Shown piece by piece: positions 30,641-32,000 of a DNA stretch of 32,000 nt. The position numbers and the translations under genes are program-made. This DNA is from Aeromonas phage LAh_6. Position 1 is the stretch's first letter. Each line of letters opens with the position of its first letter. Below the pieces are notes generated by a model. That model was not told the origin of the DNA, did no database searches, and saw only the letters and a list, made by a program, of their open reading frames with translations. The DNA lies in the sequence record NC_048774.1. The stretch is one strand, 5' to 3'.

Positions 30641-32000
30641 TTAGCTAAAATGCTTAACCCTATTTACGACTTCAGCTTGTTTTCCTTCATTGAAGCCTCG
30701 GGCCGAGGGGGCACCAAGATAACCACATACACGACGAATCGTGTTCATTTTACTTGAATCGTGATTACCGCAACTAGGGCATTCGAATCCTTTAGAGGTT
30801 GCACTAAACTCTCCATCAAATCCACACTCAAAACATTTATCACTGGGGAGATTTGTACCGAAGTACGCAAGGTTGTTCATTGCATAATCCCACACAGTTT
30901 CTAAAGCTTCTATATTGTGCTTCATATCTGGGAATTCAACATAGGAGATGTGACCACCGCTTGCAACATAGTGATATGGTGCTTCGAAGTCAATCTTTTC
31001 GAAAGGAGAAACTTTGGAATTAACATCTAAGTGGAAGGAGTTTGTATACCAACCACGGTCATTAACACCTTTAATTTCACCAAACTTCTTAACATCTAAC
31101 CGGCAGAATCGATCACAGAGGGATTCGGATGGTGTTGAGTACAGACTATAACCCCAACCCTCAGGTGATTTCTCTTTCCAGAGATTTACACGCTCTCTCA
31201 TGTAACTGATGACAGCTAGTGAAAAATCTTGGGCCTCTTCATTAAATATTGGATCCACTGTTGGGAACATAACCTTCATTACTTCGTGAAGGCCAATGTA
31301 TCCAAGAGAGATTGAAGATCGTCCAAATTTGAACAGGTTGATGATTTCATCTTCAGGGTCGAGTTTAACACCGAAAGCCCCTTCCGTATAGAGAATGGGT
31401 GCGACCGAGGCTTTGACTCCACGAAGTCTGTCAATACGGACTTCCAAGGCGTCTTTAACCAGTTCGAGTCTACTGTCGAGAATGTTCCAGAACTTCTCAA
31501 AACTACCACCAGATTCAATGGCAATTCGAGGTAAATTGACTGATACCACCCCAAGGTTGTTTCTTCCATCCAAGGTATAAGAACCCTCGGCATCTCGCCA
31601 TCCCCCAAGAAAAGATCTGCATCCCATTGGAGATACGGGTACAGGACTTCCTGTAATTTGGCGATTGATTCTGGCTGAGATAATATCTGGATAGAGTCGT
31701 TTACTTGAGCATTCAAGTGCCAACTTTTTAATGTCATAATTTGGATCACCCTCTTTGAGGTTTAAACCCTCTTCAAGGAACATCACTAGCTTTGGAAATA
31801 CAGGTGTGATACCTTCTTTACCAAGACCCTTGATCCGAACCTTCAGAATAGCTTCCTGAATCCAACGAGAATATTTGCTAGTACCCATTCCGAAAGAGAA
31901 TGTTACGAAAGGTTGTTGTCCATTGGTCGTGAAGAGGGTGTTAATCTCATACTCCATTGCCTGACAACCATCATAAATCTCTTTCTGAGTCATAGAGTCT
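30641..32000 (-). CDS. nrdD: anaerobic (class III) ribonucleotide reductase large subunit, N-terminus beyond the window
   Basis: C-terminal glycyl-radical motif RRVCGYLG, preceded by the Zn site CFECG...CPSCG. The frame is open to the right edge. Confidence 0.85.
   Translation of the reverse strand, partial: DSMTQKEIYDGCQAMEYEINTLFTTNGQQPFVTFSFGMGTSKYSRWIQEAILKVRIKGLGKEGITPVFPKLVMFLEEGLNLKEGDPNYDIKKLALECSSKRLYPDIISARINRQITGSPVPVSPMGCRSFLGGWRDAEGSYTLDGRNNLGVVSVNLPRIAIESGGSFEKFWNILDSRLELVKDALEVRIDRLRGVKASVAPILYTEGAFGVKLDPEDEIINLFKFGRSSISLGYIGLHEVMKVMFPTVDPIFNEEAQDFSLAVISYMRERVNLWKEKSPEGWGYSLYSTPSESLCDRFCRLDVKKFGEIKGVNDRGWYTNSFHLDVNSKVSPFEKIDFEAPYHYVASGGHISYVEFPDMKHNIEALETVWDYAMNNLAYFGTNLPSDKCFECGFDGEFSATSKGFECPSCGNHDSSKMNTIRRVCGYLGAPSARGFNEGKQAEVVNRVKHFS

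Noticed and set aside
31279-31749. 156-aa same-strand alternative-frame ORF inside nrdD
   Set aside because: It is fully nested in a confidently identified nrdD frame that carries the glycyl-radical and Zn-site motifs.
1-32000. CRISPR array, integrase/attP or transposase near the tRNAs
   Set aside because: No repeat-spacer periodicity is present; the only tandem repeat is a 9-mer x2. No recombinase-like ORF was recognised, and the gene content is that of a lytic phage.

Overview
This window looks like part of a lytic tailed dsDNA phage genome (about 40% GC by eye) with two convergent arms. Bases 1-5617 (+) hold the end of a virion module: one ORF that runs off the left edge and a 1446-aa low-complexity or coiled-coil giant protein. 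A bidirectional terminator follows at about 5620-5656. The remaining ~26 kb is one tightly packed minus-strand arm of replication, nucleotide-metabolism and early genes, many joined by ATGA or TAATG overlaps.

Genes recognised on the minus strand:
- Replication and recombination: T7-type endonuclease I, ATP-dependent DNA ligase, T7 gp6-like 5'-3' exonuclease, an SSB-like protein, and a family-A DNA polymerase that has the polymerase domain only.
- Nucleotide metabolism: dNMP kinase, a nucleoside 2-deoxyribosyltransferase-like protein, thioredoxin, class I RNR (nrdA, nrdB), class III RNR (nrdD, nrdG), ThyX and a free-standing ATP-cone protein.
- Other recognisable genes: DUF4326, a Dam-type methyltransferase, an HNH-AP2 homing endonuclease, an ECF-like sigma factor, NADAR, an endolysin with a holin-like gene, a Dps-like ferritin, PhoH and a SLOG/DprA-like protein.

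The most unusual region is a 2.8-kb minus-strand tRNA array (17939-20761). It has 20 cloverleaf tRNAs covering 18 amino acids; only Val and Cys are missing. The array also contains an HNH endonuclease, three mini-ORFs, a duplicated hairpin spacer, a truncated tRNA half, a tRNA-His without an encoded G-1, a Leu-anticodon tRNA with a class-I body, and two non-canonical tRNA-like RNAs.

All calls come from reading the sequence and remembered family motifs. No searches were run. Twelve ORFs shorter than 60 aa (absent from the supplied track) were found by hand translation.
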